From NCBI GenBank assembly GCA_963765495.1, contig CAVXWP010000009.1:416001-480000 (forward strand): a stretch of 64,000 bases of DNA, in the 5' to 3' direction. Below are positions 1 to 9,962 of this stretch, piece after piece. Each line of letters opens with the position of its first letter. Positions within the stretch are counted from its first letter, which is position 1. Source of the stretch: Blastocatellia bacterium. GTDB taxonomy: Bacteria > Acidobacteriota > Blastocatellia > UBA7656. The notes beneath the pieces are model-generated. The model was not told the origin of the DNA. It ran no database searches and saw only the letters and a program-made list of their open reading frames with translations. Both the position numbers and the translations under genes were made by a program.

Positions 1-471
1 GGGGCCGCGCCTGTTTATCTCCGAGTCTTCGATAGGCTCGAAATTGCGGGTCGTGTGCTCGGTCACGCTTGAGACGGCAGCGGGCGGAGTCGACAGCCGC
101 GCATGCTCGGGCTCGCCCCTATGATGACGCTCTCTTCTATGATCCTGACCAAAGGGCGCAGAGATGCCGAGAACACGAGTCATAAGCGAAATCAGCAATG
201 CGACCATTCCAAAGATCGTCGCGCCGTAAATGCCTGCCAGAAACACCAGCGCGCGAGGATCGAAGTTACTGCGCGCCAGTTCGGCCGTAAGCGCCCCAAA
301 GCCTATTATTCCACCGATGCAGACTACGGCTACAGGCAGCAGCATCCCCATCATCTTTCCGAACGTAAGGTTCTGGTCTGTGATTGGAGCGGGCGCGTTC
401 AAATTGGCCCCGCAGTTCTTACAATATTTCAATCCGACATTGTGTTCAATACCACAGGACGGGCAATACAT
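1..471 (-). CDS. Zinc-ribbon membrane protein with C-terminal SVTEHTTR motif (3' end runs off window)
   Basis: Not in ORF track; translated by hand from ATG at 471: MYCPSCGIEHNVGLKYCKNCGANLN..., two hydrophobic helices, ...AVSSVTEHTTRNFEP...; open to base 1; GAGAGG upstream. Confidence 0.85.
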   Translation of the reverse strand, partial: MYCPSCGIEHNVGLKYCKNCGANLNAPAPITDQNLTFGKMMGMLLPVAVVCIGGIIGFGALTAELARSNFDPRALVFLAGIYGATIFGMVALLISLMTRVLGISAPFGQDHRRERHHRGEPEHARLSTPPAAVSSVTEHTTRNFEPIEDSEINRRGP

Positions 472-714
472 AAAGGAGTTCCTCTCTGATAGTTGACGTG
501 CGCGAAAGCGAAATCGCCAGTGTCGATGTGATCCAATATCTCGCATGACTTAAAGGGAAATACGCCTTTACTACGATACACCCTGCCAGCAAGTTCACCA
601 ACAATTCAAAAGAGATTCCCCGACTTGGCAGCTATGAGGCAGGAGGGTCATTCAGTCTTCCAAAATGTAGAATAGTAAAGTAGGAATAGGCCGTAGCGGC
701 GCAAAGAGGAACGG

Positions 715-1164
715 TCAAATAAAGACGAAGCGGTCGGAGAGCGTGAAATTGACAAGCGAGCAGAGCGCGATTGTAGTCATATTTGCGGCATAGGCGTTCA
801 AGCCCGCATTGCCTACCAGTATCCACATCAACACCAGATTTCCCGCAAGCGACATGGCTCCCGAGGTCAGATTGAATCTCAAAAGCATTCGACTTATCTG
901 CGTTTGAGGTCGGTCGCGCCAGGTCCACTTTCTGTGCCAGACGAAATTATGAAGTACGCTCGTTTCCACGGCTATCGCTGTCGCAGCCAGATAGTGCATC
1001 CCGAATACGCGCAAGAGCAGCGCGAGCGTAAGCGATTGGACGAGTATTCCCGTAAAGCCCACGGCACTGAACTTCATCATTCTCTCAAGTAGCCCGTTTC
1101 GCTTCATTTCCCGCTTCGCCCTTTCGCCCGGCTGCTCAGACTCTCTCGGCTCTATAGAGCACAA
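715..1164 (-). CDS. GtrA family small membrane protein
   Basis: KFSAVGFTG...HNFVWHRKWTW...NFTLSDRFVF pattern, four TM segments; true start may be downstream (MKRNG). Confidence 0.85.
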   Translation of the reverse strand: MCSIEPRESEQPGERAKREMKRNGLLERMMKFSAVGFTGILVQSLTLALLLRVFGMHYLAATAIAVETSVLHNFVWHRKWTWRDRPQTQISRMLLRFNLTSGAMSLAGNLVLMWILVGNAGLNAYAANMTTIALCSLVNFTLSDRFVFI

Positions 1165-1927
1165 CCGTATTATGCGCGACCGATGCTATCAGCAGGACGC
1201 CCATCAGCGCAGAGGCCACCACTCCAGCCACATCATAAAAGAGAAAACTTGCATCAAAGACCTTAACCACCGGCTTGTTGAAGGCCACGAGGTTGCCTAT
1301 CGCTATCAGTATTCTCAATTCGGTCGGGCTGAACTTCCAGTGCGATAATTTGAATGTGCCTATCGTATAGGTGGCCAGATAAACATTTATCGAGAGCAGC
1401 ATATAAGCGACCAGCACCACGAGGGCCACCATCCACGACATGTAGCCCGACAGCGCGAGACCGCAGAGTACGAAGAGTGTGCCGAATGCGTCTACGATAT
1501 GATCCACGTAAAAGCCGTAGCGGGGTCTTTGTTTGTTGCGCGCTCGCGCAAGCGTCCCGTCCAGACTGTCGCCGAACCAGTTGACGGCGAGCCAGAACCC
1601 CACAGCAAGCAGAAATGGAGGCCAGACCCGCGCCAGCGCGTAGCTTGCGCCTGCCAGCGCCATTGCGGCAAACCCGAGCAGTGTGAGGTGATCGGGATGA
1701 ACCCACGAAGGCATACGATCTGCAAGCCATTTCAGGCAGACACGCTCAAGCGGGGCAAGCAGGCTGTTCTGCTCGCGTATAGCCGACTTGAACCCGGGAT
1801 TGACGGGAAGCTTTTCTTCCCTCCTCTGCCGAGCCTCTGTCTGCACTAACGAAAGACATATCGTTCCCCTCTCTTGCGCGGGCAGGGTATTTGATTTCAG
1901 TTGAGCGCGGCTGAAGTTTGTCATCAT
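1136..1927 (-). CDS. CDP-alcohol phosphatidyltransferase family protein
   Basis: DSLDGTLARARNKQRPRYGFYVDHIVD matches DxxDGxxAR-x8-GxxxDxxxD; HPDHLT motif; multiple TM segments. Start uncertain. Confidence 0.9.
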   Translation of the reverse strand: MMTNFSRAQLKSNTLPAQERGTICLSLVQTEARQRREEKLPVNPGFKSAIREQNSLLAPLERVCLKWLADRMPSWVHPDHLTLLGFAAMALAGASYALARVWPPFLLAVGFWLAVNWFGDSLDGTLARARNKQRPRYGFYVDHIVDAFGTLFVLCGLALSGYMSWMVALVVLVAYMLLSINVYLATYTIGTFKLSHWKFSPTELRILIAIGNLVAFNKPVVKVFDASFLFYDVAGVVASALMGVLLIASVAHNTVVLYRAERV

Positions 1928-2352
1928 ATCTCCTTCGATATAGCTCTGGCCGCGGCATAGGCATCAAGCGGCGACAGCAATAAAATGATCATCCAGATGG
2001 GGACCGACAAGAGCGCCATGACGGCTTTCCTGACCTTCCGATTCGAGAGTTGAGACGAATGACTTGCCGATACGGACGCCACTACGGCTTTGACCAGAGG
2101 GCCGGAAACCGAATGATAGAACCTGTCGTCTCCTTTGATTCCGGGAAGCCGGGATGTCGTGTATCGCGAAACCGAAGTTGCAACCGCGCCGGAAGCGGGA
2201 AGCAAATCTCCCCCCGTATTTTCGCGCTCCATTCGACAGCCGCTTTGATCCGCGCCACACCAGCGGCAGAACATGTCGCTTTCCAGCAATCCGCCTTCGC
2301 ACGCCCTGCACGCCTTTACTGCCAGTGTTATTTCCTGATCTATCTCACCCAT
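1924..2352 (-). CDS. Zinc-ribbon domain protein with C-terminal hydrophobic helix
   Basis: CRAC...FCRWCG double CxxC; stop overlaps the next start; first gene after a sigma-54 promoter. Confidence 0.75.
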   Translation of the reverse strand: MGEIDQEITLAVKACRACEGGLLESDMFCRWCGADQSGCRMERENTGGDLLPASGAVATSVSRYTTSRLPGIKGDDRFYHSVSGPLVKAVVASVSASHSSQLSNRKVRKAVMALLSVPIWMIILLLSPLDAYAAARAISKEI

Positions 2353-2399
2353 AATTACTTCTTTCGGGGTCTGGTAGATTGATTTCCCCTATGAACAAC

Positions 2400-2415
2400 T
2401 GCAAGGCCGGTGCCA
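2400..2415 (-). promoter_or_regulatory. Sigma-54 (-24/-12) promoter
   Basis: Minus strand reads TGGCAC-CGGCC-TTGCA, an exact match to TGGCAC-N5-TTGCW, 47 nt upstream of the 2352 start. Confidence 0.8.
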
Positions 2416-2515
2416 GATGCAAAAATTAAAGAAAGCTTCGAAAAAGGTCAAAAAACGAGTTTTTCTTATTTTGGACAGATAAGGAAGGTGCAGTAAAAAT
2501 CCGACACATGGCGAT

Positions 2516-2684
2516 GCCGGGGGCCAGAGCCGAAAAGGTAGGATTACTCATCGTTTAAAATCGAATCCCGGGTTTAGCACAATGGCAATAACCCAGGAGG
2601 GACACAGATCAGGTGGACTTTCGCGGATCAAACACTTGCTGACTTCAAGATTACCGGCCCCCGGCCCCCGGCCCCTGGCCCCCG
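2516..2684. repeat. (CCGGCCC)n heptamer tandem repeat with degenerate inverted partner arm
   Basis: ccggcccccggcccccggcccctggccccc at 2654-2684; complementary gccgggggccagagcc near 2516-2531. Confidence 0.55.
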
Positions 2685-2690
2685 ATTGGC

Positions 2691-4121
2691 CTACTGTTTA
2701 CTGCTCACAGCATTTTTTCTCACGGCGGCGGCGATCTCTTTGAAACGGTCTTCGTTTTGAAGCGCGGCAAACTCCTTACCGTTTAGCGCTTCTACGTCAG
2801 AAAATCCTTTTTCTGCCGCCGATTCGAGCGCGCCGAGCGCCTTCTTTGTGTCCTTGCCCAGAGCGCAGGCGCGAGCCAGATGATAGAAGATTCTTGGATT
2901 GTCGGGGCGAATCTCTGTGCCGATGGAAAAATGCAATATGGCTTCTTCGTACTGTTTCTCGAAGACCAATGCGTTGCCCTGCTCGAATGATTCGATAAAA
3001 AGCAGGTCAATCAGTCGACGCGCTATGATCTGATCTATTGACGGGCGGTCGGTTTTGGCGACCTTCTTGAGGTCCGAGATGGCCGTCTTCAGTTCGGAAA
3101 AGGCCTGCGATCTGTTATCTGATCGCCTGACGGATTCGATAAGAGTATGGACCGCCAGATAACGCCGATCCTGTTCCCTTTCAAGGTCTTTCTCGCGTTT
3201 TAGTGCCTGACGAACCTCTTTCGTGGCGTTTAGCTCCGAGACTTTTTTTTCAAACTCTTCTATGGGTTTCAAGCCTCGGAAATCCTCGGTCAGCGCCTTA
3301 TAAGATAAATATGCCTGGTACGGATCGGGCTTTGCTTCGTCGGCCCGGGCCTTTTCTGCGGCCTTGTCATAGAGCGCGGCGAGCAACCTTTCGTCCTTCT
3401 CTTTCAGCCCGGCGCGCATCGCCTGCACCTCGAGCCATTCAACCGCTTCCACAGAGAGTCGGGCAGGCATCCACTCGTGTCCGCCCTCGAATATCGAGAG
3501 GCGATTGGGAATCTGGAACTTATCGAACAAGCGAGACAGCGCCTGCATCTCAGGATTATTGAAATCCTCGACACCCGCGCTTCCGAACAATACAAAAGAA
3601 GGCGGCTGTTCAGACCCGCCGCCCTGATGTGGCGCGCCGCCGCTACAGGCGATGACTCCGGCTATTCGCCCCTTGAGCGAATACCCAAGAGCAAGCGCCA
3701 CGCGCGCCCCGCCGGAAAATCCCGCCGCATATACCCTGTTGTCGTCTATTGAAAACCTGTTGTGAGTGTCTTCCCAAAGGGCCTTTATTATGTCGTTCAA
3801 CGGCACACCGGGACCGTTGCGCGAGTTGTTCGAGCCTACGACTATGTAGCCGTATTTTTCGGCGGCTTCGCGAAATAATTCTACGGGCAGTCGGCCCCGC
3901 GCTCCGGGGTCGAAACAGTAAATAACCGGGTATTTGCGCCCGTCCGTGTAGGAAGAGGGCAGAAATAATGCGTAGCCTTGCGACGGGTCGCTTCTTGTGA
4001 TGACCCGTTCTATCAGTTGACCTTTTGGCAGATCATCATCTCCGGCAAGAGCGGTCGCTGAAATCGCGTACAGCGAAACCGCGACAACTCCTATTGAAAA
4101 AATCAGGCTGCTACGTTTCAT
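2691..4121 (-). CDS. Secreted alpha/beta-hydrolase-like protein with C-terminal TPR repeats
   Basis: Signal peptide from MKRSS; GFSGG nucleophile elbow, EDF and GGHEW; TPR-like YHLARACALG near the C-terminus. Confidence 0.75.
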   Translation of the reverse strand: MKRSSLIFSIGVVAVSLYAISATALAGDDDLPKGQLIERVITRSDPSQGYALFLPSSYTDGRKYPVIYCFDPGARGRLPVELFREAAEKYGYIVVGSNNSRNGPGVPLNDIIKALWEDTHNRFSIDDNRVYAAGFSGGARVALALGYSLKGRIAGVIACSGGAPHQGGGSEQPPSFVLFGSAGVEDFNNPEMQALSRLFDKFQIPNRLSIFEGGHEWMPARLSVEAVEWLEVQAMRAGLKEKDERLLAALYDKAAEKARADEAKPDPYQAYLSYKALTEDFRGLKPIEEFEKKVSELNATKEVRQALKREKDLEREQDRRYLAVHTLIESVRRSDNRSQAFSELKTAISDLKKVAKTDRPSIDQIIARRLIDLLFIESFEQGNALVFEKQYEEAILHFSIGTEIRPDNPRIFYHLARACALGKDTKKALGALESAAEKGFSDVEALNGKEFAALQNEDRFKEIAAAVRKNAVSSKQ

Positions 4122-4369
4122 AGAATGCCCCATTCCCGAGCGTCGGTATGCATTCGAGTATAGTTCCGGCAATCTATGAATGAAATCCTTCGGGCGACTT
4201 TCAATATTTCTCGAGAATTATAAACATTGCCGGGGGGGGGCATAAGCTAATACCCGGGTTACATGCAAAAAATTGTAAAAGCTTCACCGGGCAGTTTATC
4301 GTAACCACCGGCAATTGGAGCCCGTAACAGAATTAGGGCATAATAATTAGAGCCTGTTTATACGAAGGG

Positions 4370-5551
4370 ATGTTGATGTTAAAGAAACTGCAAATCAAGC
4401 ATGTTGTCATAATACTGGCTGCTGTGACCCTTCTGGGACTTCTTGGGTTCAGGGTATTTCAAGCCGTAAATTCCGAAGCCGAAACGGGGAAAGGACGCGG
4501 CGGCACGCGGGTGCAAACCGTCGAGGTAGGCTCTGTCACGCGCGGCGCTATGGAAGAAAAAGTGACCCTCACCGGCCCTTTGAAAGCCAAAGAAGAGGTT
4601 GAGGTAAATCCCAAAGTCAGCGGGCGCATAGTCCAGATAAAGGTTGACACGGGTCAGGCAGTCGAGCGAGGCGCGCTTCTTGCCGTAATCGAAGACGCGG
4701 AAATCGAACAGCAGGTCCAACGATCCAAAGCCTCTATAGATGTAAACGACGCTACCATTTCTCAGCGCGAGGCCGAACTCAGCAACGCGCTTGCCGAGTT
4801 GAATCGCAAAAAACAACTGATGGAAATGGGGTTGATCTCGCATCAGGAGTTTGAAACGGTCGAGACGCGCTACAAAGTGGCCCAATCCCAACTGGAACTG
4901 GCGCGCGCGCAGAGACGGGCCACCGCCGCCGAAGAGCGCGAGTTGACCATTCGCCACGGGCAGACGCGAGTTTATTCCCCGATAAACGGCATTATCTCCG
5001 TTCGGCACGTAGATCAGGGCGCTATGGTGAGTCCTACGAACCCAATAGTCACCGTGGTCAATGTCAGCACGATGGTGCTTGAAGCAAACGCTTCGGAAAA
5101 GGACATCGCCCGCATAAGAGCAGGTTCTCAGGCCACGGTCATAGTTGACAGCCTGCCCGGACAACAGTATCCGGGCCGCGTGATGAGAATATCGCCCGTA
5201 CTCGATCCGCAAACGCGAAACGGTTCGGTTGAGATCGAGATCGCCAATAAAGGCGGGGCGCTCAAAGGCGAGATGTTCGCCCGCGTAGAACTCGACCTCG
5301 GCACGGCTCGCGAGACGCTATTTATTCCGCGCGATGCGCTTGTCTATCGCGGGGACCAGCCCGGCGTCTTCACGCTGGAGGCTGAAACGGCCCGGTTTCG
5401 CCCGGTCGAGACGGGACTGACTCAGGAAAACAGGGTCGAAGTCACAAACGGTCTCAAAGAAGGCGACACGGTAGTAACAGGCGGAGCCAACGTGATCAAA
5501 GACGGCGACCAGGTCAAAGTGACGAACAGGCCAAACGAGCCACAGCCCTGA
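4370..5551 (+). CDS. RND efflux periplasmic adaptor (MFP) subunit
   Basis: N-terminal anchor, lipoyl-like PKVSGRIVQI/SPINGII halves flanking a coiled coil; upstream of an RND permease. Confidence 0.95.
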   Translation: MLMLKKLQIKHVVIILAAVTLLGLLGFRVFQAVNSEAETGKGRGGTRVQTVEVGSVTRGAMEEKVTLTGPLKAKEEVEVNPKVSGRIVQIKVDTGQAVERGALLAVIEDAEIEQQVQRSKASIDVNDATISQREAELSNALAELNRKKQLMEMGLISHQEFETVETRYKVAQSQLELARAQRRATAAEERELTIRHGQTRVYSPINGIISVRHVDQGAMVSPTNPIVTVVNVSTMVLEANASEKDIARIRAGSQATVIVDSLPGQQYPGRVMRISPVLDPQTRNGSVEIEIANKGGALKGEMFARVELDLGTARETLFIPRDALVYRGDQPGVFTLEAETARFRPVETGLTQENRVEVTNGLKEGDTVVTGGANVIKDGDQVKVTNRPNEPQP

Positions 5552-5673
5552 AGGGATGAGGGATGAGGGATGAACCGGACTGTGGGTAATTATACTGATG
5601 AAATCGCGAGCGGCTTTTTATCAGGCTGTTGCGCCAAACTCTTTTTCATCCCTCATCCCTCATCCCTCATCCT
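5551..5673. repeat. (GGGATGA)n inverted heptamer-repeat element
   Basis: agggatgagggatgagggatgaa ... ttcatccctcatccctcatccctcatcc; second copy at 20660. Confidence 0.9.
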
Positions 5674-5694
5674 TTCTTTTATCGGAGACTGCGA

Positions 5695-8600
5695 ATGAAA
5701 CTGCCAGAGATTTCCGTAAATCGTCCGATCATGATTTACATGATAACTTCCGTGCTGGTCCTGCTGGGGGCGATTGCCTTCACGCGGCTGCCGGTCGATT
5801 TGATGCCGGACGTCGAAAATCCTACGTTGACGGTCAGGGCCCAGTACCCCGGTGTCGCGCCCGAAGAGGTCGAAAACCTTGTGTCGCGCCCGCTTGAGGA
5901 ATCGCTCAGTTCCGCACCCGGCGTATATAAAATCAACTCGACTTCTTCCGAAGGGCAAAGCACCGTGCGCGTGACCTTCGACTGGGGCACGAATCTCGAT
6001 GAAGCCGCAAACGAAATCCGCACCCGCGTAGACCGCGTGCGTGGCTCGCTGCCCGAGGATGTGGAACCGCCTACGATCTTCAAATTCGACCTGTCGCAAT
6101 TTCCTATTCTCTATCTTGCGGTGGCCGGGGACCGCGACCCGCGCGATATGCGCACCTTTATCGAAGAGGAGATTCAGCCGCGTCTGGAACGCGTGCCGGG
6201 AGTGGCCGCCGTCGATATTCGAGGCGGACTCCGCCGCGAAATACACGTAACGCTTTCCACGGAAAAACTGCGCTCTTATAACGTGTCGGTAAATCAGGTG
6301 GTAGACATCCTCCGGCGCGAAAATCAGAATCGCCCAGTGGGCCAGATGGATGAAGGCAAGTACAAAGTGCTGCTCAGGACCGAAGGCGAATTCAAATCGA
6401 TGGATCAGATTCGCAACGTGGTCGTCACCTCGCGCGACGGCGTGCCTATCTATATGAAGGACGTGGCCGATGTGAGCGATTCTTATGAAGAGATCACTCA
6501 GATCGTCCGCATAGACGATAAGCCGGGCATAAGGCTTGCCATCCGAAAGCAGTCGGGATCAAACACGGTCACAGTCGCCGACCGCGTAAAAGAAGAGATC
6601 ACGCGCATTCAAAAGACCTACCCCGATATGTCGATCTGGCCGATCATAGACACATCCACCTTTATACAACAATCAATCAGCAATGTCAGATCATCGGCCA
6701 TTTCAGGCGCGTTTCTGGCCGTGATGATTCTGCTGCTCTTTTTGCGGAATCTCAGAAGCACGCTCATCATCGCCGTTTCGATCCCCATTGCCGTCATCGG
6801 CACATTCGCATTGATGTATTTTTACGGCTTCACCCTCAACACGATGTCGTTCGGGGGGCTGGCGCTCGGCGTGGGCATGCTTGTAGACAATGCCATAGTC
6901 GTGCTTGAAAACATCTTTCGCCATCGCGAGGAAGGGCTTTCGCACAAGGAAGCCGCCGTGCTTGGAAGCGGCGAAGTGGCTTCGGCCATAATCTCTTCGA
7001 CCCTGACCACGGTCGCCGTGTTCGTCCCTCTGATCTTTCTGACGGGGATGACGGGCATAATGTTTAAGGAGCTTTCCTATGTAGTCAGCTTCTCGCTTAT
7101 CTGTTCGCTGCTTGTGGCGCTGACGCTCATCCCTGTGCTCGCCTCAAAGTATCTGAAAGTAAGACCGCCCGACACGGAAGCTCACCCCTTGATGAGCAAA
7201 GTGATAAATAGAAGCGGGAATATGCTCGACAAACTCGACGAGCGTTATCAGAACGCGATTCACTGGTCGCTTGCTCATCGAAAGACGGTCATCGTTGGAG
7301 CCCTGGCACTGTTTGCGGCCAGCATGGCGCTTGTCCCCCTGATCGGATTTGAAATGATGCCTGAAACCGACGAGGGCGAAGTGCGCGTGGATCTGGAGCT
7401 TCCGGCCGGGACCAGAATCGAAATAACCGATGAACTGGCTAAGAAAGAGGAAGCGATTATCGAGCGTGAAGTGCCCGAGATTCAGCACATCATGACCGAA
7501 GTCGGCGGCGGCGGATGGCAGGCATCGCAATCTCATACGGCGAGCATGCGCGTGAAACTCACAGACAAATCCGACCGCAGCCGTTCAAGCCAGGACATAG
7601 CAAATGCCTTGAGGTCAAAGCTGAATATACAACCCGGGCTGATGGTCCGTACCCGTTCAAGCAGCAACAACTGGATTATGAGGCTTGGGCAGGGCAACGG
7701 CGACCGCATCTCGATTGAGGTGCGCGGCCACGATATGGAAGTGGCAAAAGACCTTGCCAATACGGTCAAGGATACGCTCGAAACCATACCGGGTGTGGCC
7801 GAGCCTCAAGTGAGCCTGCGCGACGGAACACCTGAAATGCTTGTTACCGTAGACCGCACAAAGGCCGCAAGTCTCGGCATAAATGCCTCCGACATAGCCG
7901 ACACGCTTGAGACGGTCATCGGAGGCCGCAATGCCAGCCAGTTTCGACAGGAAGGCGACGAGTTCAACATTCAGGTCCGATTGAGCGAGCAGGAACGTTC
8001 GGACCTGGCTCAACTCGATCAGGTGACGGTGCTGACTCCCTCGGGGCAGGCGGTCCCGATTGGCTCGCTCGTCAAGTTACAAAGACGCGAAGGGCCTACA
8101 TCAATCGAGCGCCAGGATCAGGAGCGCGTAATGTGGGTCTCGGCCGGGTTTGCGGGCCGCGATCTCGGCTCTATCATGCAGGACATAGATGAGAGGCTCA
8201 GCGCGATGAGTGTGCCTCTGGGCTTTTCGCTCAACTACGGCGGCGAGTACGAAGAACAGCAGAAATCTTTCAAAGAACTGATCTTCAGCCTGATACTTGC
8301 GATCATACTGGTCTACATGGTGATGGCGGCGCAATTCGAATCGCTGCGCGACCCGTTGATAATACTCTTTTCAATCCCGCTTGCCGCAATCGGCATCGCT
8401 TTCATGCTGTTTTTGACCAACACGACCTTCAACATACAGGCGTTTATCGGAACGATAATGCTTGCAGGGATAGTCGTAAACAACGCCATCGTGCTGATTG
8501 ATTACACAAACCTGTTGCGCCGCCGCGATAACCTTCCGCTCCGACATGCCGTAGAGCTTGCCGGGCGCAGAAGGCTCCGACCGATCCTTATGACCACGCT

Positions 8601-8841
8601 CACAACCGTTTTAGGTCTTGTGCCGATGGCATTGGGGTTTGGCGAAGGCGCAGAGGTGCAGGCCCCGATGGCCCGCGTAGTCATAGGTGGGCTTATGACA
8701 TCTACACTGATCACGCTGCTCTTTATCCCGACCATCTACACCATGATCGAAGAGCGCGGGCTGGGCAGGAAGCGAGTCAAGGTCAGAGAGACCGACAGAG
8801 GCGCAGCGCCCGATTCGCTCGAACCCGTCGGCGCGGATTAA
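5695..8841 (+). CDS. RND efflux permease (AcrB/AcrD/AcrF family)
   Basis: About 1048 aa; GMLVDNAIVVLENI and RLRPILMTTLTT motifs. Start moved to ATG 5695 (GGAG RBS) because the ORF-track extension is translated repeat. Confidence 0.95.
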   Translation: MKLPEISVNRPIMIYMITSVLVLLGAIAFTRLPVDLMPDVENPTLTVRAQYPGVAPEEVENLVSRPLEESLSSAPGVYKINSTSSEGQSTVRVTFDWGTNLDEAANEIRTRVDRVRGSLPEDVEPPTIFKFDLSQFPILYLAVAGDRDPRDMRTFIEEEIQPRLERVPGVAAVDIRGGLRREIHVTLSTEKLRSYNVSVNQVVDILRRENQNRPVGQMDEGKYKVLLRTEGEFKSMDQIRNVVVTSRDGVPIYMKDVADVSDSYEEITQIVRIDDKPGIRLAIRKQSGSNTVTVADRVKEEITRIQKTYPDMSIWPIIDTSTFIQQSISNVRSSAISGAFLAVMILLLFLRNLRSTLIIAVSIPIAVIGTFALMYFYGFTLNTMSFGGLALGVGMLVDNAIVVLENIFRHREEGLSHKEAAVLGSGEVASAIISSTLTTVAVFVPLIFLTGMTGIMFKELSYVVSFSLICSLLVALTLIPVLASKYLKVRPPDTEAHPLMSKVINRSGNMLDKLDERYQNAIHWSLAHRKTVIVGALALFAASMALVPLIGFEMMPETDEGEVRVDLELPAGTRIEITDELAKKEEAIIEREVPEIQHIMTEVGGGGWQASQSHTASMRVKLTDKSDRSRSSQDIANALRSKLNIQPGLMVRTRSSSNNWIMRLGQGNGDRISIEVRGHDMEVAKDLANTVKDTLETIPGVAEPQVSLRDGTPEMLVTVDRTKAASLGINASDIADTLETVIGGRNASQFRQEGDEFNIQVRLSEQERSDLAQLDQVTVLTPSGQAVPIGSLVKLQRREGPTSIERQDQERVMWVSAGFAGRDLGSIMQDIDERLSAMSVPLGFSLNYGGEYEEQQKSFKELIFSLILAIILVYMVMAAQFESLRDPLIILFSIPLAAIGIAFMLFLTNTTFNIQAFIGTIMLAGIVVNNAIVLIDYTNLLRRRDNLPLRHAVELAGRRRLRPILMTTLTTVLGLVPMALGFGEGAEVQAPMARVVIGGLMTSTLITLLFIPTIYTMIEERGLGRKRVKVRETDRGAAPDSLEPVGAD

Positions 8842-8908
8842 TTTTTTAGAACGGTTGGAATTACAGAAGTCATAGTATACAGGGCAATTTGAGCCGGTGG
8901 CTTGCCTT

Positions 8909-9010
8909 AATAGGCCGGGACGGCCGCGGATGCGGCGGATCTACGCGGATCTGATCATATAAGGTCTAATCCGCGCTAATCCGTCGCATCCGCGTCATCC
9001 GCGGCCTATT
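8909..9010. repeat. 102-bp nonamer-repeat palindromic element (AATAGGCC...GGCCTATT)
   Basis: Terminal inverted repeats and CGCGGAT-type 9-nt periodic arms; copies at 13188, 34461, 38334. Confidence 0.9.
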
Positions 9011-9104
9011 TCAAGTAGTCTAACCAGCATTTTGGCAAGCTCAATGGCTCTGCGAATCCGGCTGTCAAACCTCATCGTCTGAAAGGATTTGGTATTAATC
9101 CCGT

Positions 9105-9881
9105 CTAAAGCTGTTTGTTCTTCAACCGGGAGTAGACCTCCGCGAGCCGCGTCGTGTGCTCTTCGGATTCGAGACATCGACGAAATGTATCGCCTATCTC
9201 TTCAAGCGCCTGGTTCGTATCCATATCAATCAGCTTGCGAGTCAATCGCTTTGTTTCAAACAGCGCCTGCCGGGGCTTTGAGGCAAGCACCTGGGCCAGT
9301 TCCCATGCGCGCGTCATCAACTCTTCGCGCGGATAGACGTGATTGACCAGACCTATGCGCCAGGCTTCTTCGGCCGAGATGTTTTGGCCCGTCATCGAAA
9401 GCTCTTTGGCGCGAGCAAGCCCGATTGATTTGTAGAGCGGGTGTATGATCTGCGTCAGCCCCAGATTGATTTCTGCCTGCCCGAATATAGCTTCTTCCGC
9501 TGCAAGACGTATGTCACAGAAGGCAGCCAGGTCGAATCCGCCTGCGATGGCAGGACCGTTTATGGCTCCGATGACCGGCTGCGGCAGGGTCCACAAGAGG
9601 CGAAAGATCGGAAACACCCTGTTCATATAAGACATCTTCTCTTCGGCGGTCCAGCCTATCAAAAGGCTCAGATCGAGCCCGGCGCAAAAGCTCCGGCCCG
9701 CCCCCGTAAGGATAACTACCTGTATGTCGGCAGAACCCTCGACCTCTCTCAGCGCCTCGGCGAGACGGGCTACGAGGTCGGGGTGAAGCGAGTTGCTCTT
9801 TTCGGGGTGATTGAGAGTGATCGTTATGATCTGACCCTTGCGATCAATCAGCACGAGCGGTTCAGTTCCGGGGCCGGTCAT
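9105..9881 (-). CDS. Enoyl-CoA hydratase/isomerase family protein
   Basis: FCAGLDL, PVIGAINGPAIAGG and CDIR motifs. Confidence 0.93.
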   Translation of the reverse strand: MTGPGTEPLVLIDRKGQIITITLNHPEKSNSLHPDLVARLAEALREVEGSADIQVVILTGAGRSFCAGLDLSLLIGWTAEEKMSYMNRVFPIFRLLWTLPQPVIGAINGPAIAGGFDLAAFCDIRLAAEEAIFGQAEINLGLTQIIHPLYKSIGLARAKELSMTGQNISAEEAWRIGLVNHVYPREELMTRAWELAQVLASKPRQALFETKRLTRKLIDMDTNQALEEIGDTFRRCLESEEHTTRLAEVYSRLKNKQL

Positions 9882-9962
9882 ATTGCGTGTCCTCCTGGCG
9901 ATAAGATTAGAGAGAGGTAATGATATAATGCCTCACTATAATCTTGCGAGAGGAGATGAGCG

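Noticed and set aside
5629-5694. N-terminal extension of the RND permease (HPSSLIPHP)
   Set aside because: Translation of the heptamer repeat; ATG 5695 has an RBS and a typical N-terminus.
5695-8841. RND pump lacks an outer-membrane factor and shows DN and NN at the proton-relay positions
   Set aside because: OMFs are often encoded elsewhere and these variants are common in this RND subgroup.
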